From Nemertoderma westbladi (taxonomy: Eukaryota; Animalia; Xenacoelomorpha), in assembly GCA_032718475.1 (NCBI GenBank), contig JAUCBJ010006452.1:1-64000 (forward strand): a stretch of 64,000 nucleotides of DNA, in the 5' to 3' direction. Both the position numbers and the translations under genes were made by a program. Shown one piece after another: positions 1 through 13,173 of this stretch. Position 1 is the stretch's first letter, and each line of letters opens with the position of its first letter. The notes beneath the pieces were generated by a model. The model saw only the letters and a list, made by a program, of their open reading frames with translations, searched no databases and was not told where the DNA came from.

Positions 1-879
1 TATTCCATAGGCGGCATACACACCAACTCCCACCCTACAGCCCTATTTATCCCAATCCATCAATTTTTGCCACAGGTGTGGTCTGAGGATACTACATTAT
101 ACAAAATGAGTTTTCCATCCTGATAACTCTGTTTAATTTGACAATGTTTATAATAATAACTTCACCTCGATCCATATACCATAAGCATCAAACAGTCTTG
201 CAATGTAATAAATCTGCCCAATAACTCATTGAACCGGAAGGACGCCCCGGGCTGACAACATAAATCAAAGCTAAAGTAAACATTATCTCTCCTTCATAGA
301 CTTATGTCTTCAATATACTACCCAGAGACAGTCAGTCCCAGGCTATACAAAATTAGTTACCTCGGAGCCACCAGCTGCTACAGAGTATTACATAACACAA
401 ATCCATTTACTATAACATTGCTTTCTTTCCATTTCTTTGTCACATTTTCTTAGTTACCCCACCCCCCCCCCCCCCACACCCCACCCCACCCCTAAGCAGT
501 CTCATCAAACCACCTGAATTATTGCAGGAGTTAAAAGTATCACATTGTCCTAATCCAAATCAACTTGAGATACAAAGAGCAACGTTTATTTATTTATTTT
601 TCAGATACATCGCCAACACTTTCTTCTTTATGCTCATATTAAGTATACCGTAAAAACTCTTAACCCAGTGGCTCCCTACTGTAAGAAATGTACATACGCC
701 AAATGTCAATATGTGCGCCGCCTCGTCGGATTCCGAGTGGCCCACACCCGCCCAGGTGTGCCCACTGCGGATCTTCCGTAGTAAACCAATTTGGTCAGGT
801 CAAATCCAAACATTCACTGGAGATCACCAAATGGGGCGCTATGTGAAGTACCGTGCAGACACGATGATAAGCGTATCGT

Positions 880-1452
880 CATCCTGACATTTTCGCTTTG
901 GGGGTTTTAAAGATCGGTGATTCCATTTCTGATGTCAGTTTTTCCGTTTATCGAAATCTACACTGTCTGTTTGTCTGTTTGTCCGTCTTTCTGTCAGTTT
1001 CTGTCAAAAATTAAGAAAGCATACGATCAACCGGAAATTTTGGCTATGGGGGTTTTCTTGGACGGTTGTTTCATTTCTGATGTCAGTTTTTATGTTTAAC
1101 GAAATCTACACTGTCTGTTTGTCTGTTTGTCCGTCTTTCTGTCAGTCTGTCTGTCAAAAATTAAGAAAGCATACGATCAACCGGAAATTTTGGCTATGGG
1201 GTTTTCTTGGACGGTGATTTCATTTCTGATGTCAATTTTTACGTTTAACGAAATCTACACTGTCTGTTTGTCCGTCTGTCTGTCAGTTTGTCTGTCAAAA
1301 ACTAAGAAAGCTTACGATCAACCTCAAATTTGGGCTATGGGGGTTTTCTTGGACGGTGATTTCATTTCTGATGTCAGTTTTTACGTTTGACGAAATCTAC
1401 AATATATCTTTGTCCGCCTTTCTGTCAGTTTGTCTGCCAAAAATTGAGAAGG
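880..1452. repeat. ~142-150 bp tandem repeat, about 4 copies, inside the piggyBac end
   Basis: GATCAACCGGAAATTTTGGCTATGG at ~1025 and ~1175, with a variant at ~1316; flanking TTTCTGATGTCAGTTTT also recurs. Confidence 0.9.
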
Positions 1453-1560
1453 TATGCCAACCAACCAAAAAAACTACAAAAAACATAATGGTAGATTCAC
1501 TTACAATTTCCATTTATTCTTATTGAAATTATATAGAAATTATAATTATATTATTATTGT

Positions 1561-2945
1561 TCATTTGTGGTCCCACTTGGCGATACACCCATGGCATACG
1601 TTTGGCTTTGAAGGGCACATTGGGCAATGGAAGCGGGTCAGCCGAATACGCCTGCCATTCGCGTAGCAAACTCGGCATCGACGACGTGGTTTCGCGGCTT
1701 TATCCGTTGGGGGGATGAACGTGACGGCGTGCACGGGCTTTGATGATGTTGATGCTGAATCGATAAGCTTCAACCGTTTCCGACTATGCTTCGGACCATC
1801 TGACTTCATATTTGTCAGAATTGTTATAACTTTCTTCAGAAAGGGAAGTAACTGTAGCTTTCCTTTAGGGTTTCCGTTATTCTTCCTTTTATAGATCAAG
1901 AATGAGTTTACCACCAACCTAGCAATCAGGTTTATTCCAACTTTCTTAAACCACGCATGCGATTTTCGAACAGGATTGAATGACTTTATAATTGAGTCTT
2001 GTTTATCGACACCTCCCATAAACTTGTTATAGTTATTTATTACAGTTGGTTTCTCGAATTCTGTTGGATCTCCAGTCTTCTTTGCATACCTGGTCTTTGT
2101 TACCATTGACGAATCATCAGCCGTTGAAACCATTTACACATCCATCTTGTGTGTAAATTTCACAGCCAATAACTTATTGCCACAATAACTAAACTTTGAA
2201 GATATCGGAGTTTGTTTAAACTCTTTCAGTTCTTGTGGTATACCACGATCTACTCGAATAGTTCCTCTCGAACCAGTGTCCTTATTAAGGAGAAAGCGGG
2301 CTAATCGTACACTATAGTACCAGTTATCAACATTAACTGTATACCCCTTCCCGAACATATCAGATTCCTCTAATAGTAACGCTACAACGTTCTCGCTCTT
2401 TGAAAGTTTTTGATCAGCTTCTACCTGTGGTAAAGCGGACTCACTACCGTAGTAACATCGGGCACGAATTAAGAAGCCATTTGCATCGCATAAAATGAAT
2501 GACTTAATTCCAAACCGAGCGCGCTTGGTTTTGATATACTGCTTGAAACTCAAGCGACCTTTGTGAAGAAGAAGTGCCTCGTCGACGGACAGGTTCTCAT
2601 CTGGGGTGTAGCAGGAGCAAATAGAATTTACAATCGCGAAGAAATCATTAACTCGAGTATCGCGCTTCATTGGTTCATAATTCCCTGGATCGGAAAACCG
2701 AATATACTTTAGCAAGATGAGATAACGATCACGTGAAATGGAATCCGCTCTTGTAAAAAATGGCGTTGCCATCATTGCAGTTGTATCACATTCCCAATAC
2801 GATCTAATACTTGGTTTACGAATTATCCCCATCAATAATGTGAGCCCAACAAACTTCCGTATTTCATCTGCATTAGTTGCTTTCCACTTTTTCGGCGTCT
2901 TTCCTGCAGCTAAGTCTGATTCTCCAAATTTTTTGAAATTTATTT
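1561..2945 (-). pseudogene. piggyBac transposase with one in-frame stop, 5'-truncated
   Basis: ORFs 2134-2835 and 1561-2133 are in the same frame, separated by TAA. Catalytic motifs SVDEA, VDNWYYS, MGGVDKQD; C-terminal Cys-rich domain RRCRVC...CPMC...C..C...H. Confidence 0.92.
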
Positions 2946-3023
2946 CCGCTTTTTGAAATTTATTTCCGCTCGTTTATTAGTCCATACATCCCCAGGTTGG
3001 AATTTATGTAGAGTGCTCAACAT

Positions 3024-3312
3024 GTGTGGCGCGGATTAAGGATCCTGGCGCGTAGTGACAGGGGCGTGTGGCGCGGATTAAGGATCCTGGCGCATAGTGA
3101 CAGGGGCATGTGGCGCGGATTAAGGATCCTGACGCATAGTGACAGGGGCGTGTGGCGCGGATTAAGGATCCTGGCGCGTAGTGACAGGGGCGTGTGGCGC
3201 GGATTAAGGATCCTGGCGCATAGTGACAGGGGCGTGTGGCGCGGATTAAGGATCCTGGCGCATAGTGACAGGGGCGTGTGGCGCGCATTGAGGATCCTGA
3301 CGGTCCTGGCGC
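3024..3312. repeat. 42-bp minisatellite, ~6.5 copies
   Basis: Unit GTGTGGCGCGGATTAAGGATCCTGGCGCATAGTGACAGGGGC; overlapping ORFs show 14-aa periodicity. Confidence 0.95.
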
Positions 3313-4864
3313 GAATATGGGTGTAGCGATGTAGGGTTAGGTTAGGACTTACAGTAGGAGGTAGCGTAGCAGTGCACTAGCAACACATCCCACTATACAG
3401 CTCTATTTGAAATTATTCCATAGGTTTAAAAAGATTTTTCAATTGTCAGATTCTTCAAACCAATAAAACCATGACAGCCTGCATGATTCAGCAGAATTCC
3501 GTGCTCGCTATGCTGCCAGCTCACAGTTTAATGACATCTGCATTTCTGTATTTGAAAACAGTCGGTTTGCCAACTTTAAATGTTAAATTTAAATGTTAAA
3601 ATTTTCGTGCTCGCTACGCTCGCATCTTGATCACATCTGCATTTAAAAACAGTCAGTTGACGTTGACCTACTACTACTACTACTACTACTACAACTACAG
3701 CACTATCTGACTATTACTGTCAGACAGTCCAGACTGCCAGACTGTATTTATGTTAACATAATTGGAAAATTTCCGTGCTCGCTACGCTCGCATTTTAATG
3801 TAACATACTGTAGCGTAGGGCTACAAAATTATAAACTGATAAATTATTACAATTAAGCAATTACTGCAAAATTTCATAGTCAATTGTTGGCTTGGCGCGC
3901 ATTAGATATCATGGCTGGCGCGATTTTCGTTTAACCAGAAACGCGTGTGGCGCGCTTTTTGTCAGTATTCCATATAGGATACAGCTAAACTCTCGAATAA
4001 TGAAATTGGCAAAAACATATTACATAGGCCTATAATTATTATTAATATTAATATTACATATAAAACATATATCCACATTTTCCACAATCCAGTTTGGCCT
4101 ATCAATTATTTAAAATTTATTAGCACAACCGGTCAGCCGGTACGCCTACCAATACCGTATTCTAATGGTAAGGCTACACAGTAGGCCTACAGCAGTACCG
4201 GTGCCGGTACTAAAATACCTAAAATACCTGCTTAATACCTACATCTGTACAAACAATACAGCAATAATACTGCAAAATAGTGCTCTATATACTAATACCG
4301 GTACTGATAGCAGCCTGGGAGAACAGCAGTAGAGAAACCGGTAGCATGGAACCTAACGGTAAATGTCTGGAGGACATAAAAAGTAAAAAAAAAGGACATC
4401 ATGAGTGATTTAAACGGATAATAAAAATTATTGCTAGGCCTATAGAAAATGTTGAAAAATCCACCACATATTACAATATTACAAGAAAACTGATATGAGT
4501 TGGGGTACAATTGGTGTGGGGACAACGGAACAACAATGTGGACATGGGAATAAGACGTGGCCAGGGAAACAGACGTGGACAGACGGATATCCATCGCGAC
4601 ATGGGGAGACCAAATGGTGGTGACGGGGATAATCTATACGGACAACTAGACAACTAAAAAGGACAAACAACCAATATGGATATCCGGACACATCAGACTG
4701 GGGGAGGCCATAATAATAGCAAACCAGTCTGCAATACTCGGACAAAAACAAAAATAAATGTGAACTGAATAACTATCAGACAGTTTGTGAGACAGTCAAA
4801 CAGCTGTTGGCTACAGTCATGTATGCGTTGTCACTCTCTCTAGGATGCTAACCGTTTAAATACA

Positions 4865-5236
4865 ATTTCTGCATGTTCTAATGAGCTGAGGAGCCGTTGG
4901 GCTCCCTCTAATGATTCTGAGAGTACTCCTAAGTCATCAGCAAAGTCTAGATCAGTTAGGTACTTGGCAGGATTTCCTCGACTTCTGGAGCCAGTAGGTG
5001 GAGTTATCATCACCCCATCATCATTATGATGATCTAAGGACATGCGTAGAACATAGTCAACCACAATAATGAACAAGAATGGTGCAACTGTGTCTTGGAG
5101 GACGCCCCATAACACTTCAAATGGTTCTGTGTCACCGTCAACAGTAGACACAAATGTTGTCGAACCATCGTATACTGATCTGATTGCTGCAATAATTTCA
5201 TCAGGAATCCTATATAATGAAAGTATGCTGAACATA
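4865..5236 (-). mobile_element. LINE RT fragment (piece 3 of the split LINE, RTE-like)
   Basis: GVLQ-DTVAPFLF and LTDLDFADD motifs. Joins piece 2 in frame across the TA TSD (KAFDSVSRSR|MFSILSLY). Confidence 0.88.
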
Positions 5237-5276
5237 CAGTGTTGTTCACAGTTAAAATCCATTCTTCAATCTTGGT

Positions 5277-5812
5277 TGTTAGCGAATCAATCCCGCCAAT
5301 ACTCCACAAAGTTGAGCCAATAAGCAATATTGGGGGACACGAGATTGGGTACCAACCAACTCGTGCCTCCCCAACAGAATGGGAGAGAGAAGCACACAAT
5401 AAGGGTCAGGGGTTAGTATCCTGACAGAAGAGGGAATAGCTGGGGTGAATGGGAACACCCCAAAGGGCGCCAACAAGGGTAGCAACCAATCAGAGGGGGG
5501 CTGGCACCGATTGAGTATCGATAAGGCCACCATGCAATATAACCAGTAAGCAGTAATCACATTACCTCAGTTATCTCAGTGTTACTGGTGGTACAGTAAG
5601 TTACAATTAGGGAAGTACCGGGATTTTAGTTACCGTCGTCCCGACAGCCATTAATGTTAGTGTATAACATCAATCTATATCTATATCTATATCACATCTC
5701 AACGTCAGAATATAACGAACAACAATAACTCCAACTTTATACTCTTTCATACGGCGGGGACGCGTGAACTAAACCGGATAAATCGGGTTCATCTCCGGAT
5801 GATCCCGTCACA
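5277..5812 (+). repeat. 5' LTR of A1
   Basis: Matches 15354-15889; TGTTAG...GTCACA termini. Confidence 0.97.
5484..5572 (+). promoter_or_regulatory. LTR pol II promoter: CCAAT, TATAA (5538), Inr TCAGTT (A at 5569)
   Basis: TATA lies 31 nt upstream of the Inr A; the same arrangement is kept in the diverged A2 LTR. Confidence 0.65.
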
Positions 5813-5880
5813 GTTACTAAATAACAACTGCTGCCCTAGCCTAATAGACTCAGATACCACCAGCCACCAACAGACAAAAG

Positions 5881-8800
5881 ATGAGCGAGTCGGGTGAAGT
5901 GACACCCACGCGGACCCCGGACGACGAAGATCTAACGATCCGCGAGGCCGCGACCAGGCGATATAGGCCCACGACACCGGAGCCACTAGTAACGGGCGAA
6001 CCGGAGAGTCGAGAGGAGGGGGACCGCCTGGAACCAGAGATCGAGCCGGAGAACCAAGAGATCGGGCTCGAGGGAGAGAGAGACGAGTCGACACGCAGCG
6101 GGGATGTCGATACCAACGTCGCGGGCCAGCCACAGGCCGAGGGCGACGACCGGCACACCGAGACGGCGACGGTGGGGCCGACGGTACGACGCCGGACCCG
6201 GAGAGACAACGGGGATGTCGACACCGATGTCGCCGGCCAACCGCAGGCCGAGGGCGACGCACGGCCCACCGGAACGGCGACGGTGGGGCCGCCGGCACGA
6301 CGTCGAACCCGGAAAGACGGACGAGGAGTCGGCGACGAGGACGTCGGGGTTTCCGAGCGACTTCGACGGGCCTACAACGCGACCCGGAGACTGATAAAGG
6401 AGGCCAGAGAAGGGAGAAGGATAGACGAGGTAAAACTGAACCTAGGACTAGGTGAGTCAAATAGACATCTATACTATCTAATGCGTTTCGGGCAGAGAGG
6501 GTTGGCCGAGGAGAGAGCGACATGGGTTGCCGAGGAACTGTATGACTCATGGCGGCATGGGAGTATACAACCTAGGGTAGTGTACTTAGGGCCATACTTA
6601 ATCGATGCCCGGGGTATAGAAACAGTGGGGTGGAACAGACCAGAGGAGGGCGAACCCGAGGTTGACCCCGCGGGTTCGGTCTCGTCGGTCGGAGGGAGTT
6701 CCGGAAAGGGGGGGAAAGCCAGCGGGTCGGGAAGGCGGAGGGAATCCGTCGCAACCGATAAGTCTGTTACATCCTCCGAGAAAGAAAGACGGGTGAGAGA
6801 GATAGAGGCTAGACACCGTCTCAATCTAGCGGTAGAGGCGAATAGAGAACTAGGTAGACGGCTAGAGGAGGGGAGAGTGATGATAGAGAGGGAAACAGTG
6901 TCGATTAATGAGTTGAGGGAAAGGGGCGAAAGGGCCGCGAGGAACCTTAGGGAGTATGAGGAGATAGAGTTAAGAGAAGAGAGGGAACGCGAGAGAGAAC
7001 GCGAGAAACGTGAGGTAGAACGCGAGGAACGCGAGGCGAGAGAACGCGAGGAACGCGAGGCGAGAGAGAGAAGGGAACGAAGGGAACGCGAGGAGAAACG
7101 CGAGGCGGAACGTGAGAAACGTGAGGCGAGAGAGGAAAGTGAACGCAAAGAGCGTAAGGCGAGAAGAAGAGAGGAGACTATGAGAGAGCTGGAATTGATC
7201 GAGCAGGAAAAACGAGAGTCAAAGGAGAAAGTAACAAGAGTGGAGAGTGGCCGAATAGAGTTAGAGAAACAGCGAGACGAAGTCGCAAGGTATACAGCTG
7301 TGCACGCGTGCGAGGTGGAACGGGCGCGGGCAGGAGTGTCTGAGAGAGGGGCAGGCTCGAACACTTTCGAGGAACCGGGGGCCGTGGATACGTTTATTAA
7401 TACTCCACTAACAGGGACCACACTACGGACACGAAACTGGTGTGATCGTACGAGCGGGGGGGGGGGGTAATAACACTAATACAGTAGATAACGCTAATAT
7501 TAATAATACTGTATTGGACGACTCTAACCAAATCTTTATTGCAGGAAATACGTTACCTAATAGTAATAATAATATTTTAGATCAGAACGATTCTAATATT
7601 AACGTACAGAGTAATTCTAATGACGTAGTTATACAAAATAATTCAAATAATTTAAATAATAATGATTCAAATAATTTAAATAATAACCCGAATTCGATTT
7701 TACAAAATAATCCGAATACTGTTGTAACGCAAGATATTATTTCTAATTTTGGTGCGCAGGATAATCACAGTGGTATTATTAATGTAGACGTGTCCAACGT
7801 ACATAGCCCGGCGGGTGGGGGCCTGGTAGGCCACGTAGTCGGTAGGCCGGAGACGGCGGGGTTAAGCCAACCCGAGGTGGGCCTGGTAGGCCACGTAGTG
7901 AGTAGGCCGAAGACAATGGGGTTGAGCCAACCCGAGGTGGGCCTGGTAGGCCGCGTAGTCAGTAGGACGGAAGTAACGGGGTTGAGTCAACCCGAGGTAG
8001 GCCTGGTAGGCCTCGTAGTTAGTAGGCCGGAGACGGCGGGGTTGAGACAACCCGAAATAGGCCTGGTAGGCCAGGTAGTAGTGGAGAGAGGGGCGGGGGT
8101 AAGCGGACCCAGCCCCAATGTAAATGTTGTGTCGACGGGAGAAAAGTGCAGAGGTGAGGTGAGAGATAGTGAAGTAAGATGTGGCGAGTGGGGGGGGACT
8201 ACGAGCGCCCCACCCCGTGAGATTAGCGGCGAGAGGGGGGGGGGGGGGGCAGAGAGCGCCCCACAAGAAGGGTACGGAAGTGTAGTAAGAGGTACCGAAG
8301 TTAGAAGTGGCGGGTGGGGGGGGGCTACGAGCACCCCACCGCAAGAAGTTAGTGACGAGAGGGGGGGGCAGAGAGTGTCCCGCAGGCGTCGGCGGATAAT
8401 GCGCGGGCCGAAGTAGGTAAACCGCAACACCCGGCGACGGAAAGTAGTAGGGGGACCGCGAGTATCCCCAGCGGCGTGCGATCGAGCAGAGAGATGCAGG
8501 TTGACGTCGCGAGAGGGCGGACGGAGCGTCGAGCCCAATCAGAAGAGAGAAGAAGAACAGTGGAGTTTAACCGGGAGGTCGACGAGAGATCTCACGAGCG
8601 GGAATACTGCACTGAGGGAAGAAGAGGAGAAGTTGATAGGAGAAGCATCGCCGCGAACGATAGAAGAGTGAGGACGGATAGTGAGCCGTCGGTGATTGAG
8701 ATGGAAGAAGAGAGTCGGTGGGGTCTGACGACGGGAGATTGCCGTCGTCCCGGAGAGACGCGACCCGACGAGGCGCACTACGCGCCGAGAGAGAGGTACG

Positions 8801-11800
8801 TGACGTACCGACGCGAAGAAGAGAGCAGCAGAGGGGGTCGAAGGGAAACTTTCCGTCGGGATGTACCTACCGATCGAGAATACGGCATCCGCGGGGAGGA
8901 CTATTCGAGAAGAATAAACTTCGATCCCGAGCGGTACATACAGACTGTAGGACATACTGTAGGCCTTACTGCACATACAGTAGGCCATGCTGACAGGAGC
9001 ACCGTAGGTGGTAGGATAGCGCGGACAACGGAACTAGACCCGGAAGTCGCGGAATACATTCCGGTAGGTAGGCCAGAAGCTGATAGGCCTATACCGGTAC
9101 CAGTGCAGCAGTATGACTACAGCACCAGAGGTTATAACATATACCCAGGGGAGGGGGGAATTATTGCGGATAAATGCATGGGCCCCAATATATTAACATC
9201 AACCCCAGTACCAAACATACCGGTGGGGGGGGGACAGGGTGACATTCCCCCATCGCAATATCAACAATATACCCCGGTAGGAGCGAGAACAAATCCGTCG
9301 GACGAAAACAAATCGTGTGACACAGAAATATGGAGGGGGCCGCTACCCCCAATGATATACCCAAGTCAGAGGAGAGCAGAGAATAGAACGGGTGGACCGC
9401 ACCAAACGAGGGAAGCCATGCAACATCCATCGAACCCATTAGAGGCGCAAGCAGTGGGGATGGCCACGTTAATCGATGCGTTAAAAACAAGGATCGAGTT
9501 ACCACCCGTGGAACCATTCAAATTCGATGGGAGTAGGCCGGAAGAATATCTTCAGTTTCGGCGCATGTATAGCAATGAGATACTAACGAAAAACTTGACG
9601 CAGGCAGAGTGCCTAAAGTATCTACAAGTATACACAGGAGGCCCAGCATACGACATCGTGAGGCAATACCAGGGTATAGAAGGGGGCTTCACGACAGCAT
9701 GGCGGGCACTGGATAGGGAATACGGGCACCCAGCTAAGATCATCAGGCAAACCCTGAGAGGCATAACAACGGGTGGCCTACAGGATAATCCCGTTAGCAT
9801 TAAGACGTTTGCTAACAAAGTTGAAAAGGCGCTGATCGTGCTAAAGACGTTGGACGCACCATATGAGCTCAACGCCTCCAACAACATCACCACGATAGCG
9901 CAGGCACTGCCGATATGGCTGCGCAACAAGTGGAGAAGAGTCGCTTTCTCCACTAGAGACAGGAAGGGTGCGGAACCGGGTCTAGAAGAAATGTCCAGCT
10001 TCCTAAGCTACGAAGCTGAACTGATAACCGACCCAGTCTATAGTGAAGATAGTCTGGGAAAGGGACCAAAGACGGACTACCATCGACCGAAACCGGAACA
10101 TAATACGTCAAATTCATTACCAAAGCTCAGACAGTCACTGCCATATGCAGCGACGCAGGGGACTGCGAGTCCACAAGTAGCAGAGAGTAAGGCCGGACAG
10201 GGGAAAAACAACAACACGAATAAACATAACCCCAATACATCAAGTAGGCCGAACACAAACAATAAAAACAGTAGGGACTTTAGTACAAATGCAGTTGCGA
10301 TACGCGATGCATTGTACAAAGACGGCTACGACTCAAAAGCAAAATGTCAGCTACATGCAAATGGAAAACATCTAACCATGAACTGCAGCTACTGGCAGGC
10401 ATTACCAAGAGAAGACCAAGTAGTGTACGCGGATAAACATGAGATCTGCTCACGATGTGTGATGGGTGGACATCGAGCAAGGCAATGTAAGGAGACGCCG
10501 GTCAAGTACCGTCGAAATAAAGGCCAAACAATGGCGACGAGCACAGCAGGGGCGAAGAAGAGAGGAACGGTGCTACTTGGAGTAGTACCGGTGCGAGTGA
10601 TTGGGGAAGGCAACCGATCAGTAACCACTCTGATGCTGGTCGATAGCGGAGCTGCCTTCACTTTAATTGAGGATTGGGTGGCCGAAGAAATAGGACTGAG
10701 GACGAGGCCAAGTAGAATGGCAGTAACAACCATCTCGAGCAAAGACGAGGTCCTAGAGATGAGAACCGGACGGTGCGCGATTGCAGCAGTCGCACCGGGA
10801 TGTAACTACGGGGCAACCATCGACCCCATCCAAGTGATAGAGTCAATCAATATCAACGCCAGGCGACCAACCAACATCGAGGTCGAGCAATATAAGTTCC
10901 TGGATAATATTGACTTCTCGATCCCGGAGGTGGACGTCAGGAAAGTATCCATCATAGTAGGCATGGACTGCCCGACGGCCCACGAGAGAATACAAACGGT
11001 CTTCGGCGAAGACAGGGAGTGTGACCCAGTGGCGATATTGACACCATTCGGGTGGACACTGACAGGCCCAATCAAGAGTAATATTCCATTCCATGCATCT
11101 GAGAGTTCAGGATGCATGGTGCCAGGAAGTGTTAACGAGACAGAGGAGAGACCAGAGATGGGCAATAGTGGCAGAGAGCTAGAAGTGGAAGCGACACCAA
11201 GAGAGTGGGCGGAGGAGAATGGCATGGATGCAGAGGATCTAGAGAGGATGGGTTGGAACAAAGGTCCCAGCAAGTATCGGTGTGGAGATGGAGAGGAGCG
11301 GACGGCGATATGTCTGGGGGACAGGCCGGAGGAGCGTCCGGTGGAGTGTCCGGAAGAGACGCCGGTCCGGTTGGGAGGCATGCCGACAAGGGGGAGACCG
11401 AGCGGGACGACAAGGTGGAAAGGGAGAAGATTTGAGACGACCAGACCAGGGGCGGGGAAGCCCGTGGGTGGGCGTGTGATAGACAAAGGAGCTGGGAAAG
11501 TAGCTCTAGGCGTGCCGCATACGCACGCGGGACTGACAGATTGTGAGGGGGCATTACATGGGCAAAGAGCGTGTACACCGAAGGACGAACGGGGGTCGTC
11601 GAAGCCTTTAATGCCAGCACACATCTTAAGGGGGAGGCCAGTAGAGATGGCATCTAAGATTAAGGAGAAGAACAGGGGCGGCATTATACCGCCGAACGAC
11701 ACGTTGAAGGGTGGCACTCTGCCGCCAAAACACGACCACGAATTAAGAAACATAAATAAAAGACAACACTTACCTATTAGGCATGAGAAAAAGACACCTA

Positions 11801-11898
11801 TCGAATTGACAAGGAGAGTGGAGCGAAGAATTAGAGGACCTATAGGGGGGAAGTGGGAGAGTTGCCTGCTGGAGGAATCACCCCTTGGGTCGCAATAA
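5881..11898 (+). CDS. gag-pro: Gag-protease polyprotein of A1 with in-frame pol remnants; two G-run frameshifts
   Basis: ORFs 5881-7470, 7442-8416 and 8476-11898 join if the G runs at ~7456 and ~8361 are corrected. BEL gag core PFKFDGS..EYLQF, Cys/His knuckles (CSRCVMGGHRARQC), protease LVDSGA; no YxDD. Confidence 0.85.
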
Positions 11899-12099
11899 GT
11901 TGGACCGAGAGGAAAGAGACAGATACGTAGAAGTGCGGGTAGAGGTGTTACCTGTCTTTTAGAGGGAGCGCCTTGATTCTAGAAGTGGAGGGAGTAAGTT
12001 TGTGTGTATATTATTAGTCGTCCATTTTGGACTGAGGGGGGTGGGATTGAGGGCTAGACGCCCTTCCCACACAAAATAATAAAATATAATAAAAAGAGT

Positions 12100-12722
12100 C
12101 AGTTAGTTAATTAGTTAAAGGTCTGTCCGCTAGTTAGCTAGAGTAGTTAGAGGGTACGTAGTACCGCTAGTTTATAGGAGTTAGTTAATTAGTTAAAGGT
12201 CTGTCCGCTAGTTAGCTGAAGTAGTTAGTTGGTTAAGGGTACGTAGTACCGCTGGCTAGCTAGAGAGTAAGAGTTAGGGTAGTTAGTTAATTAGTTAAAG
12301 GTCTGTCCGCTAGTTAGCTGAAGTAGTTAGTTGGTTAAGGGTACGTAGTACCGCTGGCTAGCTAGAGAGTAAGAGTTAGGGTAGTTGGTTAATTAGTTAA
12401 GGGTACGTCCGCTAGTTAGCCGGAGTAGTTAGTTAGTTGAGGGTACGTAGTACCGCTAACTTGCTAGAGAGTAGGGTAGTTAGTTAATTAGTTAAGGGTC
12501 CGCCCGCTAGTTAGCTGGAATAGTTAGTTGGTTAAGGGTACGTAGTACCGCTGATTAACTAGAAAGTAAGAGTTAGGATAGTTAGTTAATTAGTTAAAAG
12601 GGTCCGCCCGCTAGTTAGCTGGAGTAGTTAGTTGGTTAAGGGTACGTAGTACCGCTGACTAACTAGAGAGTAAGAATTAGTTAGTTAATTAGTTAGGGTC
12701 CGCCCGCTAGTTAGCTTAAGAG
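12100..12722. repeat. ~100-bp bipartite tandem repeat, ~6.5 copies, between pol remnant and accessory ORF
   Basis: Recurring TTAGTTAATTAGTTAAAGGTCTGTCCGCTAGTTAGC and GGGTACGTAGTACCGCT. Confidence 0.92.
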
Positions 12723-13173
12723 TTAGAAGTAGGGATATAGATATAGATACTAGTTAGTAGTTAGAGGGGGGCATATGAGTACAGTCGGATAGATCGTGTA
12801 GGCCACGCGACACATACTACTGTACTGCATAGACCCACAGAGTAGGCCAGAATGTGGATTAGAAAGTAGGATAATTCACAGGCAATAGTAAGTAATAGCA
12901 CGGCAGGGCAAGAAATAAATAGTATAGGGCTGAAAGTTACGAATTATGGTAACAGTAGAGAAATTATTCTGGAACATAATAAAAGTAACGGACAGAAATC
13001 GTAATTAGGGTACATTTGTTAGCTAGGGAATTAGATAAGAAACAATATAAGAAAAAGGCGCAAATTAAGTAGAATATAGGCCATTATCGAACCGAAACAT
13101 CGTAATACATCACTCATCTGTACTGCGCCTTGGTAAGGCACCACCTTGCAGGTGAGCGAGTGTAGAGTTCGGG

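Larger units (their letters stand above)
664..2990 (-). mobile_element. piggyBac DNA transposon, one end visible
   Basis: TTAA|CCC terminus at 660-666, subterminal tandem repeats and a transposase remnant. The other end was not found; the right boundary is approximate. Confidence 0.8.

Noticed and set aside
165-252. Possible minus-strand exon (AG..GT bounded, one open frame)
   Set aside because: Weak donor and no recognisable protein similarity.
5789-7421. Long antisense ORFs over gag (also 10806-11753, 43640-44566)
   Set aside because: Shadows of purine-rich, low-complexity sense coding; no recognisable motifs.
7456-8370. Programmed frameshifts in A1 gag
   Set aside because: Both breaks fall in G homopolymers, and the first run differs in length in A2; slippage or assembly error is simpler.
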